In this document: piece after piece, positions 38,706 to 51,092 of the stretch
Layout of the letters: each line of letters starts with the position of its first letter
Numbering within the stretch: position 1 is the first letter of the stretch
Assembly (NCBI GenBank): GCA_964016885.1
Contig: OZ024759.1
Location: 7,936,001 to 8,000,000, forward strand
Length of the DNA: 64,000 bases
Direction of reading: 5' to 3'
Source: Eledone cirrhosa
Lineage: Eukaryota
Notes under the pieces: model-generated
The model's input: only the letters and a program-made list of their open reading frames with translations
Told to the model about the DNA's origin: nothing
Database searches by the model: none
Made by a program: the position numbers and the translations under genes

Positions 38706-38912
38706 AACCTAGCAAAGACAAGTGTTTTAGTTAGCATTCTTGTATCAGCAATTAATGGAAAACAAATGTATTCATCATCATCATCATCATCGTCATAATT
38801 TAACATCCATCTACCCTGCTATTAAGGGTTGGTTGGATATGTCATCACAGATCACATTAGAGGAAGCATCTCATTTACGTAACTTCCTATATTCTACCAA
38901 ATGCTATACACA

Positions 38913-40092
38913 CACCCAGTACACTCTGTAAAGTGGTCATGTAGGTGTCATGACAAAAAGCACCCAGTACACACTGTAAAGTGGTCATGTAGGTGACATG
39001 ACAAAAAGCACCCAGTCCACACTGTAAAGTGGTCATGTAGGTGTCATGACAAAAAGCACCCAATCCACACTGTAAAGTGGTCATGTAGGTGTCATGACAA
39101 AAAGCACCCAGTACAAACTGTAAAGTGGTCATGTAGGTGTCATGACAAAAAGTACCCAGTACACACTGTAAAGTGGTCATGTAGGTGTCATGACAAAAAG
39201 TACCCAGTACACACTGTAAAGTGGTCATGTTGGTGTCATGACAAAAAGTACCCAGTCCACACTGTAAAGTGGTCATGTAGGTGTCATGACAAAAAGCACC
39301 CAGTACACACTGTAAAGTGGTCATGTAGGTGTCATGACAAAAAGCACCCAATCCACACTGTAAAGTGGTCATGTAGGTGTCATGACAAAAAGCACCCAGT
39401 ACACACTGTAAAGTGGTCATGTAGGTGTCATGACAAAAAGCACCCAATCCACACTGTAAAGTGGTCATGTAGGTGTCATGACAAAAAGCACCCAGTACAC
39501 ACTGTAAAGTGGTCATGTAGGTGTCATGACAAAAAGCACCCAGTACACACTGTAAAGTGGTCATGTAGGTGTCACAACAAAAAGCACCCAGTACACACTG
39601 TAAAGTGGTCATGTAGGTGTCACGACAAAAAGCACCCAGTCCACACTGTAAAGTGGTCATGTAGGTGTCATGACAAAAAGCACCCAGTACACACTGTAAA
39701 GTGGTCATGTAGGTGTCATGACAAAAAACATCCAGTCCACACTGTAAAGTGGTCATGTAGGTGTCATGACAAAAATCACCCAGTACACACTGTAAAGTGG
39801 TCATGTAGGTGTCATGACAAAAAGCATCCAGTCCATACTGTAAAGTTGTCATGTAGGTGTCATGACAAAAAGCACCCAGTACACACTGTAAAGTGGTCAT
39901 GTAGGTGTCAAGACTAAAATCACCCAGTACACTGTAAATGAGGTTGCCATTAGGAAGGACATCCAGCTGTAGAAACCAAGCCAAGATCAGTTCTGTATGT
40001 GCAAAACATGGTCACCTCACCTAGCATTGACCACAATACGACAACTCGTCTAACCCATGCATGGAAAAATTGACGTAAAATGGTGATGATGA
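38913..40092 (+). repeat. 48-bp satellite (~21 copies) made from the SINE/RTE 3'UTR module, ending in an RTE-type tail
   Basis: Unit CACCCAGTACACACTGTAAAGTGGTCATGTAGGTGTCATGACAAAAAG continues into AGGAAGGACATCCAGCTGTAGAAAC...(GAT)n. Confidence 0.9.
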
Positions 40093-40105
40093 TATATAAG
40101 TATAT

Positions 40106-40328
40106 ATCATCATCAATCAATCATCATTTTACGTCTGCTTTTCCCTGCTTGCAAGTGTGGGACGGGAACTGATTCTGGCTTGATTTCTACAGCTGGATGC
40201 CCTTCCTAACACCAACCTCTTTTACAGTGAGTGCTGGGTGCTTTTTTGCCGTGGCACCTCCACGACCACTTTACAGTAGAATGATATGGACCCCAGTCCC
40301 TATCATCTCATTTCTACAGCTGAGTAAA
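40106..40328 (-). mobile_element. CORE-SINE 3' half
   Basis: Same family as 5596-5944. Confidence 0.8.
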
Positions 40329-40389
40329 TATATATAAACTATGAGGACCAATATATATGTGAGTAAATATATATAAACGCGAGGACCAA

Positions 40390-42649
40390 AAACGTGAGGT
40401 GTTCAGGATTGCTAGGCAATGTGTCAAGGAAAACCGTGATATTGTCGGGGAGAAGTGTGTCCTTAATGATGATGGTGTACTTGCCATCACTGACGCTGAT
40501 AAGAAGGTAGCTTGGAAGTGTCACTAAAAAAGGCTACTAAATGAGGAGAATAAATGGGAGAAAGACAGTCTCCCCCACATCGACCCAATAGAGGGACCAG
40601 CAGTGTTAGTCGAAGGTAGTATAAGTAAGGCAATCAAAGATATGAAGACGGGTAAGGCGGCTGGGCCTTCGGAAATAGTTGCTGAAATGCTGAAAGCTTC
40701 TGGAACGGTGGGACACACTACGGTCACCCGGATAGTAAACCAAATCATACAGAATGGGGTTGTTCCGAAGGACTGGCGTAGCAGCATCATCATTAACTGC
40801 TACAAGGGTAAAGGAGATGCCCTAGACAGGAGTAACTATAGAGACATTAAATTAATCGACCAGGTCATGAAGGTCAGAGAAAAAGTAATAACGCAACTAA
40901 TCGGAGAGAGAATTGATCTAGATGAAATGCAGTTTGAGTTTGTGTCAGGTAAAAGTACCACAGACGCTCTTTTCATTGTACGACAACTACAGGAGAAGTA
41001 CCTAGCTAAAAGTAAACCCCTATACTTAGCTTTTGTCGACTTGGAGAAAGCCTTCGACAGAGTCCCCCGTTCCATTATCTGGTGGGCTCTTAGAAAACTA
41101 GGTGTTGACGAATGGCTTGTGAGAGCTATACAAGCCATGTATAAAGAAACAGTCAGCAAGGTTAGAATTAACAACGAATATAGTGAAGAGTTTAGCGTAA
41201 AAGTTGTTCATCAGGGCTCCGTTCTTAGCCCCCTACTATTTATTATTGCCCTTCAGGCTATAACAGTAGAATTCAAGACCGGCTGCCCATGGGAACTCCT
41301 ATACGCAGATGATCTAACGCTCATGGCTGAATCAATGGCCGAACTAGAGAAGAAATTCCAAACATGGAAGCATGGCCTAGAATCAAAAGGCCTTAAAATT
41401 AACCTGTCTAAGACTAAAGTTCTAGTTTGTAGGAAGGAAAATTGGGCACCGGTCCCATCCGGGAAATGGCCATGCTCAGTGTGTAGGAAAGGAGTAGGCA
41501 GAAACTCCATTTTATGTCCCAAATGCAAAGTATGGGTGCATAAAAGATGTAGTGGGATCACAGGTAAGCTAACTAAGAACATAGATTTTATATGAGGCCG
41601 GTGCTCTGGTGCAATAAGTAGCAGCAAGTGCCCACAGAATACTAGCTCATTCCATTGCACAGATGGTTCGATAGAAATAGTGGACAGCTTCCGTTACCTG
41701 GGTGACAAAATCAGCAGTGGTGGAGGGTGCTCTGAAAGTACAGTAGCCAGAGTCAGAACTGGATGGAAAAAATTCAGAGAGCTTATACCACTATTAGCCG
41801 CTAAAGGGTTCTCCCTAAAAATGAAAGGCAGGCTGTATGATGCCTGCATACGAACAGCAATGTTACATGGCAGTGAGACCTGGGCATTGTGTGCAGAGGA
41901 TATACGCAGACTGGAGAGGAACGAAGCTTGCATGCTCCGCTGGATGTGTAATAGTAATATACGTGAACGGCAAAGCATAAACGAACTAAGGGAAAAATTA
42001 GAAATAAGAGGGATCAGATGTTGTTTACTCGAGAGAAGACTACGTTGGTATGGTCACGTGATGCGCATGAAAGACGACAGCTGTATAAAAAAGTGCAGGG
42101 CAATAAAAATAGACGGGAGCCACGGAGTAGGCAGACCCAGAAAAACCTGGGACGACTTGATAAATTCCGACCTCACACACCTACACCTCTCCAAGACAAT
42201 GTCACTGGTCCGAGATCTTTGGCGGTACTCAGTAATAGAGAAGACCTGCCTTACCTAAGTACAAAGTGAAACCTAGTCAATAGGCACCTCTAACAAAATA
42301 CACCCCCGTCCCACTACCCCCACCCCATCCACACCACCCCGTTCTATGTAAAGTTATGTTGGTGCCACAACATTCAGGCCGAAACAAATGAGGTCGTGTA
42401 GGTGTCACGACAAAAAAAACACACAGTCCACGCTGTAATGTGGCCGTGTAGGCAACACGGTAAAAACCTCCCAGCCCCACACTGTAAATGTGGTTGGTGT
42501 TAGGAAGGGCATCCAGCCGTAGAAAACCCACCAGATAGTCCTATGCGAGCAATGATAACCACTCTTGCCTCAAGTGGGAAAACTCCCATCCAGACCCATG
42601 CAAGCGTGGAACACGGACATTAAACGATGATGATGATGATGATGATGAT
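40390..42649 (+). mobile_element. RTE family B, RT domain nearly complete with stop codons
   Basis: ORFs 40603..41595 (LLYADD) and 41680..42258; 3'UTR; (GAT)n tail. Confidence 0.92.
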
Positions 42650-42829
42650 GTGAGGATAATGAATAATACTACAAGCAAAAAAAAAGTTGAGACTTGTTTG
42701 ATATGTAGAAAGAGTGTAGATGTGAGTGTCTATGTTATGTACCCATTGTTAGTTCTGGGTGCAGCATTAACAGCATCTCAGACAGACAGACAGACAGACT
42801 GACTGGCAGAGAAGAAGTCTGGGTGAGAT

Positions 42830-42876
<47 letters not shown>

Positions 42877-43004
42877 AAAGTTATATTTAAATTGTTGGGT
42901 TACAACTAGTAAATATTTATAACTGATATAAAAGCACTCAACAAGTATTTGGAGTATATATACGATATTAAATAAATGGAAACTATATTTATAAAACCAT
43001 ATTT

Positions 43005-43068
43005 ATTTCATTATATATATTTCAGGGATATCATATTAACAATATGTTATGCCTTCTTCAGACAAAAT
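43005..43068 (-). ncRNA. Type I hammerhead ribozyme (group 1), left arm of palindrome
   Basis: Reverse complement of 43200-43263. Confidence 0.82.
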
Positions 43069-43199
43069 ACAATATAGACAGTTTTATAAATAAATAGATT
43101 TTAATAAAAAAAGTTGATTTGCCAAATCAACTTTTTCAAATACAAGTCGATGTTGAACGGTATGTCGTATCTATTTATCTATAAAACTGTCTATATTGT

Positions 43200-43263
43200 A
43201 TTTTGTCTGAAGAAGGCATAACATATTGTTAATATGATATCCCTGAAATATATATAATGAAAT
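43200..43263 (+). ncRNA. Type I hammerhead ribozyme (group 1), right arm of palindrome
   Basis: ATTTTGT-CTGAAGA-AGGCATAACATATT/AATATGATATCCCT-GAAA-TATATA-TA^ATGAAAT. Confidence 0.82.
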
Positions 43264-43871
43264 AAATATGGTTTTATAAATATAGTTTCCATTTATTTAA
43301 TATCGTATATATATATATATATATATATATAAGAGATACACATAAGCAGTCAGCGCTAGGTAGCACCCATGAAATTATGGATTTTAAAAGCCCAGGTTTA
43401 CCAGAAGCTGTTGACACTGAAGGATGTTTAATATAACTGATACATTAGTAGTACCCACTCCTACCCATATTTCTTTTTTCAAAAATAATACAAATGCTTA
43501 CCAGATGTGGTTGTCAGTGACTGTTGCACGCATGTATAAATGATGCACAAAAGTAGGTTTTTTTTTCATGTGCCTTGATATGTCAGTCGAGGTTGTTGAC
43601 AGCTTCTGTTACCTATCTGACCTTATCAGCAGTAGTGTTGTGCAAGATTAGTAGTTAGGGTATGTCTGGGGGTGTAAAAGGTTCAGCAAGTTATTAGCTT
43701 TGCTGGCAACAAAATAATTATCTCTTCACGTGACACGTAGATGGTATGTTGCATGCATATGTTATGCAATGCTGCATATTGCATGCATATGTAATGAAAG
43801 TTGCATGTTAGCCAGACCTGAGATTTAGATTTTCTAAAATACCTTGTGTTGTGCAAAGATGTCCATGATTC

Positions 43872-44685
43872 CATTAACCCTTTCATTACCATATTTCTAA
43901 TGAAAGACACTGTCTATGTCATTAACCCTTTCATTACCATATTTCTAATGAAAGACACTGTCTATGTCATTAACCCTTCCATTACCATATTTCAAATGAA
44001 AGACACTGTCTATGTCATTAACCCTTCCATTACCATATTTCTAATAAAAGACACTGTCTATGTCATTAACCCTTTCATTACCATATTTCTAATAAAAGAC
44101 ACTGTCTATGTCATTAACCCTTCCATTACCATATTTCTAATGAAAGACACTGTCTATGTCATTAACCCTACCATTATCATATTTCTAATGAAAGACACTG
44201 TCTATGTCATTAACCCTTTCATTACCATATTTCTAATAAAAGACACTGTCTATGTCATTAACCCTTTCATTACCATATTTCTAATAAAAGACACTGTCTA
44301 TGTCATTAACCCTTCCATTACCATATTTCTAATGAAAGACACTGTCTATGTCATTAACCCTACCATTATCATATTTCTAATGAAAGACACTGTCTATGTC
44401 ATTAACCCTTTCATTACCATATTTATAATGAAAGACACTGTCTATGTCATTAACCCTTTCATTGCCATATTTATAATGAAAGACACTGTCTATGTCATTA
44501 ACCCTTCCATTACCACATTTCTAATGAAAGACACTGTCTGTCATTAACCCTTTCATTACCATATTTCTAATGAAAGACACTGTCTATGTCATTAACCCTT
44601 TCATTACCATATTTCTAACAAAAGACACTGTCTATGTCATTAACCCTTTCATTACCATATTTCTAATGAAAGACACTGTCTATGG
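43872..44685. repeat. 48-bp satellite (~17 copies) of a TTAA-CCC transposon-like end
   Basis: Unit CATTAACCCTTTCATTACCATATTTCTAATGAAAGACACTGTCTATGT. Confidence 0.93.
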
Positions 44686-45131
44686 TTTTCAAATAATTTT
44701 GAGTATAATCAAAACTTCATAGGGATTTAGTAATATAACTAATTTTCTAATTATTAAGTTAGTGTTTGGAACATAATTTAACAAAGGTTCTTATATAAAA
44801 TTATAATAGAAGGTTTTTAGATAAATATAAACATTTTAAAACAAACAGTTTTGTGTCATAGAACCAGGGGTATTGGAATATAACTTAACAAAGGTTCTTA
44901 TGTAAAATTATCATGGAAGGTTTTTAGATAAATATAAACACTTTAAAACAAAGTTTTGTATCCTAGAACCAGGGGTGTTAGGAACATAACGTTGGGTCAC
45001 GTTCACTTATAAACTTTTTTTTAAACATAGTCACTTAAAAATAATTTTTAAATAATTAAAATCTACACAGACATGTATATAATGTAAAATGAAACTGGAA
45101 GGCTCATATGTGTGTGTGTGTGTGTATATAC

Positions 45132-45164
<33 letters not shown>

Positions 45165-46330
45165 TGTATGTATATGTGTGTGTCTGTGACCAGTGTATAT
45201 ACACTGGTCACAGACACACGCACACACACATATATATACACACACACACACTTAGAAAATCTTCTTATTTAGCAGGAAATATTCGCTACTCTCTCACAAC
45301 CACTGTCTCTCTCTCTCTATTTATGAATGTACCTGGAAAAACCCCGTATTTCAGGAACCCATACTCCGATTTACGCGAAACTTGTTTTATTCCATTTGTA
45401 TTCCCATTTCAGGGTCAACTTCCTTTCAAAGTATTTTCCTATTAAGTGCCGTTTTGGCTGTATCAAACAACAGACAAGCACACAATCACAGAGTTTTAGT
45501 AGTATACTAGACCCCACGTGACCTGTTGCATCACATTCACTTAAAAATAATTTTTAACTAATTAAAATATACACAGACATATAATGTAAAATGAAATTAG
45601 GTCATTCTCACTTAAGAATTTTTTTAAATATGCCAAAACATATTTTTTTAATCGTATTCACTTGAAAATAATTTTTTAAAGCAATTAAAATATTGTCTGT
45701 TTAAAGAAAGCTAAAATATAAATACTGTACCAACAACTTGTATTTTCGAAATCACATTCACTTAAAAATATTTCTAAATATTCTGTTTAACAAAAGCAAA
45801 ACTATAAACATTTACTGTAGAAACAACTCGTATTTTTCACTCATATTCACTTAAAAATGTTTTTTTTTTATAATTCAAATATCGCCTGTTTAAAGAAAGC
45901 TGAAAAATAGATACTTAAAGTACAAACAACTTGTATTTTTGAAATCATATTCACTGACAAATCACTGAAAGACATTTTTTTAATGTATTTTTTTCATCCT
46001 ATTCAAATAAAAATATTTTTTGAATAATGAAAATATTGTTTATGTCCGATTTACACCAAACTTGTTTTATTCTCTTTGTATTCCCATTTCAGAGTTATTT
46101 TATTATTGGAGTATTTTTCCATTATACGCCCTTTTGGCTGTATTACATTAGAGAAGCAAGAAAGCAATCACAGACTTTTAGTATTATATAGATAGATAAA
46201 CATTTTAAAACAGGTTTGTGTCATAGAACCAGGGGTGGTTTGAGGTGGTTTGGTATGAAAAGCATTAAATATGAAATATAAAACTTATGTAAAATAAATT
46301 GTTGATTGTTTTGTTTTGTTTTCTCTGCAG

Positions 46331-46516
46331 GGTGCCTGTGTCTTGGGAATCAATTCTTCCCCCGTGACCATAAAGAATATTGAATGCTCCATTATAGATC
46401 ATGCCTTCAACAATGGATGGATTGTCCCCATTGTACCGAAGGTTCGCACTAACAAGAGGGTAGCTGTAATAGGGAGTGGACCATCCGGGCTCGCAACAGC
46501 CCACCAACTCAATAAG
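46331..46516 (+). CDS. GLT1: Glutamate synthase exon H (FAD-binding GSGPSG): [19 protein letters not shown]...[19 protein letters not shown]
   Basis: CTGCAG acceptor, GTGACT donor, 62 codons. Confidence 0.96.
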
Positions 46517-46849
46517 GTGACTTAAGTGACTTACTGGTTAGATGAGGTGGCCATGTCATGACCTAAAGGAGCCCTCTTCCTCCTTCTCCTACTCTTCCTC
46601 CTGTTCCTCCCTCTCCTCCTTCTCCAACTCTTCCTCCCCTTTCTCCTCCTTCTCCTACTCTTCCCCCAACTCCCCCTTCTCCTCCCCCTCCTCCTCATAT
46701 AACATAACTTTTCGTTTCCTTCTGTGAAATAATATGGCTAAGATTTCCATATAAAATGAGGGATCACTTTAAAAATAGAAGAGGGCTACAGCCAGGTCAG
46801 ACGTCTCTCTCATTCTACATCTGTTGTACTGAGAGTGTAATTTTACATC

Positions 46850-47982
46850 TGTCAATGACTCTCCACATCTGTAACTGTGAACCATTGTGTACATCTGTAG
46901 CTATAAATCCTTTTCACATCTGTAGCTGTGAATAGTTCCCTACATCTGTAGCTCTGAATAGTTCCCTACATCTGTAGCTGTGAATAGTTCTCTACATCTG
47001 TAGCTCTGAATAGTTCTCACATCTGTAGCTCTGAATAGTTCTCACATCTGTAGCTGTGAATAGTTCTCACATCTGTAGCTGTGAATAGTTCTCACATCTG
47101 TAGCTGTGAATAGTTCCCTACATCTGTAGCTGTGAATAGTTCTCACATCTGTAGCTGTGAATAGTTCCCTACATCTGTAGATGTGAATAGTTCCCTACAT
47201 CTGTAGCTGTGAATAGTTCTCACATCTGTAGATGTGAATAGTTCTCACATCTGTAGCTGTGAATAGTTCTCTACATCTGTAGCTCTGAATAGTTCTCACA
47301 TCTGTAGCTGTGAATAGTTCTCTACATCTGTAGCTCTGAATAGTTCTCACATCTGTAGATGTGAATAGTTCTCACATCTGTAGCTGGGAATAGTTCCCTA
47401 CATCTGTAGCTGTGAATAGTTCTCACATCTGTAGCTGTGAATAGTTCTCACATCTGTAGCTGTGAATAGTTCCCTACATCTGTAGATGTGAATAGTTCCC
47501 TACATCTGTAGCTGGGAATAGTTCTCACATCTGTAGCTGTGAATAGTTCTCACATCTGTAGCTGTGAATAGTTCCCTACATCTGTAGCTGTGAATAGTTC
47601 TCACATCTGTAGATGTGAATAGTTCTCACATCTGCAGATGTGAATAGTTCCCTACATCTGTAGCTGGGAATAGTTCTCACATCTGTAGCTGTGAATAGTT
47701 CTCACATCTGTAGCTGTGAATAATTCCCTACATCTGTAGCTGTGAATAATTCCCTACATCTGTAGCTGTGTATAATTCTTCACATCTGTAATTGTGAATC
47801 CTTTTCACGTCTATAGCTCTGTGTGTGTGAAACATCCTCCACATCTGTAGCTGTAAATAATTCTCCACATCTGTAGCAGTTAATAATTCTGTACATCTGT
47901 AGCAGTTAATAATTCTGTACATCTGTAGCTGTGAATAATTCTGTACATCTGTAGCTGTGAATAATTCTGTACATCTGTAGCT
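46850..47982. repeat. 25/27-bp minisatellite ACATCTGTAGCTGTGAATAGTTCTC
   Basis: Directly visible; ends ~24 bp before exon I. Confidence 0.95.
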
Positions 47983-48005
47983 TATGAAATTGTCTTATTT
48001 TCTAG

Positions 48006-48095
48006 GCAGGGCACTTGGTTACTGTGTATGAAAGAAACGACAGGATAGGGGGACTTCTCAGATATGGTATTCCATCAATGAAACTTAGTAAAAAG
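48006..48095 (+). CDS. GLT1: Glutamate synthase exon I: [30 protein letters not shown]
   Basis: TTCTAG acceptor, GTAAGT donor; GGLLRYGIP motif. Confidence 0.96.
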
Positions 48096-48139
48096 GTAAG
48101 TATGGAACCATGGAACTTTACAGTGGTTCTCTTGTTCAG

Positions 48140-48820
48140 TCTAGATGTTGTGACTGGAGATATATTGTGTCTGGAGATGTTGCGACTGGATATATTGTGT
48201 CTGGAGATGTTGTGACTGGATATATTGTCTGGAGATGTTGTGATTGGATATATTGTGACAGAATATGTTGACTGGATATGTTGTGACTGGAGATGTTGTG
48301 ACTGGAGATATATTGTATCTGGAGATGTTGTGACTGGAGATGTTGTGACTGGAGATATATTGTGACTAGAGATGTTGTGACTGGGGATGTTGTGACTGGA
48401 GGTGTGATGGGGGATGATGTGACTAGAGGTGCTGTGACTGGATATATTGTGACAGAAGATGTTGACTGGAGATATATTGTATCTGGAGATGTTGTGACTG
48501 GATATATTGTGGCAGAATATGTTGTGACTGGGGATATATTGTGACTAGAGATGTTGTGACTGGCAGTGGTGTGACTGGAGATGTAATGACAAGGTGCTGT
48601 GACTGGGAATGGTGTGACTAGAGGTGCTGTGACTGGGGATGTTGTGACTGGAGGTGTTGTGACTGGAGATGTTGTGGCAAGAGGTGTTGTGACTGGGGAT
48701 GTTGTGACTGGAGCTGTTGCAACTGGAGGTGTTGTGACTAGAGGTGTTGTGACTGGAGCTGTTGCAACTGGAGGTGTTGTGACTGGAGATGTTGTGACTG
48801 GAGGTGTTGTGACTGGAGAT
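48140..48820. repeat. Degenerate ~15-bp minisatellite GTTGTGACTGGAGAT
   Basis: Directly visible. Confidence 0.9.
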
Positions 48821-48944
48821 AGCTGCTTGGATGAATGATTGACCAATTGATTGGTTGGTGGAATGATCAATATTTCTTGATGTATAAATTTTCTGTTGGT
48901 CAGTAATTATAAGAAGTAAGACATGATGTTGTCATCTGTTGTAG

Positions 48945-49104
48945 GTGGTGCAAAGAAGAGTAGATCTGTTGATTGAAGAAGGTGTGGAATTTAAGACAAA
49001 TACCAACGTAGGTAAAGATGTATCAGCTCTGGAACTCCACCAGAAATATGATGCAATGGTGCTCACTTTGGGCTCCACGTGGCCCAGAGATCTGCTAATT
49101 CCAG
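48945..49104 (+). CDS. GLT1: Glutamate synthase exon J: VVQRRVDLLIEEGVEF...STWPRDLLIP
   Basis: TTGTAG acceptor, GTAAAA donor, phase 1. Confidence 0.95.
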
Positions 49105-49524
49105 GTAAAACCTCCTCCCTCTCTTGTGGGTTGTTATGTTTGCTGTAATGTTCTTTAATGTTAGGCTGTCTTGGGGTGTTGTGAGGTAGTCTTGGGGTTG
49201 TGAGGTAGTCTTGGGGATGTGAGGCTGTGATGAGCCTGTCTTTGGTGTTGTTAGACAGTCTTAAATGTTGTGAAGCTGTCTCATGTGTTGCTGGGCTGTC
49301 TGATATATTGTGAAGCTGTCATGTGTTGTGAGGCTGTCTTGTATGTTGTGAGGCAATCAAATGTATTGTCAAGTAGTCACATGTTATCAAGCAGTCATAT
49401 GTTGTTAGACTGTGGTGTTTGTTGTCAGGTAGACTTCTATGTGTTGTGAGACAGTCCCACATGTTGTTACTCATCTTTATACCTAACATATGTTTAACAT
49501 GTGTTCCCTTCTAAACACTTTCAG

Positions 49525-49694
49525 GCCGTGAACTTGATGGTGTCTACTTCGCCATGTCATTCCTGTCAACTTGGCAAAAGATTCAAGAAAACAAGACTTG
49601 TGATCCAAGTCCCATTTCTGCCAAAGACAGAAATGTTTTGGTAATTGGTGGCGGAGACACTGGGGTGGATTGTATTGGAACAGCCCTTCGACAG
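49525..49694 (+). CDS. GLT1: Glutamate synthase exon K (NADH-binding): GRELDGVYFAMSFL...VLVIGGGDTGVDCIGTALRQ
   Basis: TTTCAG acceptor, GTATTT donor; GGGDTGxDC motif. Confidence 0.96.
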
Positions 49695-50167
49695 GTATTT
49701 ATAGCTCCTTAATCTTCTATTACACCTCCCCTCTCACCTGGGGTGGATTGTATTGGAACAGCCCTTCGACAGGTATTTATAGCTCCTTAATCTTCTATTA
49801 CACCTCCCCTCTCACCTGGGGTGGATTGTATTGGAACAGCCCTTCGACAGGTATTTATAGCTCCTTAATCTTCTATTACACCTCCCCTCTCACCTGGGGT
49901 CGATTCTATTGGAACAGCCCTTCGACAGGTATTTATAGCTCCTTAATCTTCTATTACACCTCCCCTCTCACCTGGGGTCGATTCTATTGGAACAGTCATT
50001 CAACAGGTAGTTATAGCTCCTTAATCTTCTATTACACCTCCCCTCTCACCTGGGATGGATTCTATTGGAACAGTCATTCAACAGGTATTTATAGCTCCTT
50101 AATCTTCTATTACACCTCCCCTCTCACCTGGGGTCGATTCTATTGGAACAGTCATTCAACAGTATTT
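49662..50167 (+). repeat. 78-bp tandem repeat of the exon K 3' end plus donor site (~6.5 units)
   Basis: ACAG|GTA at 49694, 49772, 49850, 49928, 50006, 50084. Confidence 0.95.
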
Positions 50168-50900
50168 AGAACTCTTTGACTTTATATTTAGCCAAGAAAC
50201 CTCCTAGATGTAACCTTGTAGGAGCCATTTAAACCTACCTAGGTGTGAGCTATAACAACATAGATATCAGCCACCGATGGCAACTTCTTTTTCTATCATT
50301 TAAGGGTCTCCACCCTATTTTATAAGTTATAGCATCTCTGCACATGAGCACATCATTCTTTATATTAACTTTATATTCTCAGCACTTTGTAAAAGTCCAA
50401 GAAATCGAATACATATACACAATATATTTATGATAGCAACGAGGGCGCTATCATTAAAATATCCAAGAAACCTCCTTTAAGATACAACCCTCATAGGAGA
50501 GGCCAGCTAAACCACCATAGGTGTGAGCTGTAACAACAACGATAGAATTGGGGGGCCCCAATCATTAAATCTCCCAAGAAACCTCCTTTAAGATACAACC
50601 CTCATAGGTATGAGCTGTATATTTGATTTCTTTAATTTTTTTCTTCTTTCATATACTAAAATGGAGGTGAAGTAGCTAGAGAATTGGTTGTGAGTTTGAT
50701 TCTCGGATCGAGTGATGCATTATGTCCTTGAGCAAGACCCTTTATTTCATGTTGCTCTTTCTGGGAAGACAAATGGAAACATTGTTTCCTTGGTCCTATT
50801 TGACTAGTTTCACTCCCCTCGGTAAGTAAATGAGGTCTGGGATCTTATCAATTGATTCGATTCATATACTAAAGTATGGCTTCCATCTTATCTTTTTTAG

Positions 50901-51068
50901 GGAGCTAAGAGTGTGACAAACTTTGAAATCTTGCCCCCTCCACCACCTTCTCGTGCTGAAGACAATCCTTGGCCCCTGTGGCCAAAAGTGTTCAGGGTTG
51001 ATTATGGCCATGCTGAGGTCGCTCACAGGTTTGGCCATGACCCCAGAATATTTAATATCTTGAGTAAG
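50901..51068 (+). CDS. GLT1: Glutamate synthase exon L: [28 protein letters not shown]...[10 protein letters not shown]
   Basis: TTTTTTAG acceptor, GTAAGT donor; NPWPxWP motif. Confidence 0.96.
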
Positions 51069-51092
51069 GTAAGTAAAGTGACCTTTGACAGA

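Noticed and set aside
49670-50179. 169-aa ORF over the 78-bp array
   Set aside because: It is in a different frame from GLT1 and is a by-product of the repeat.
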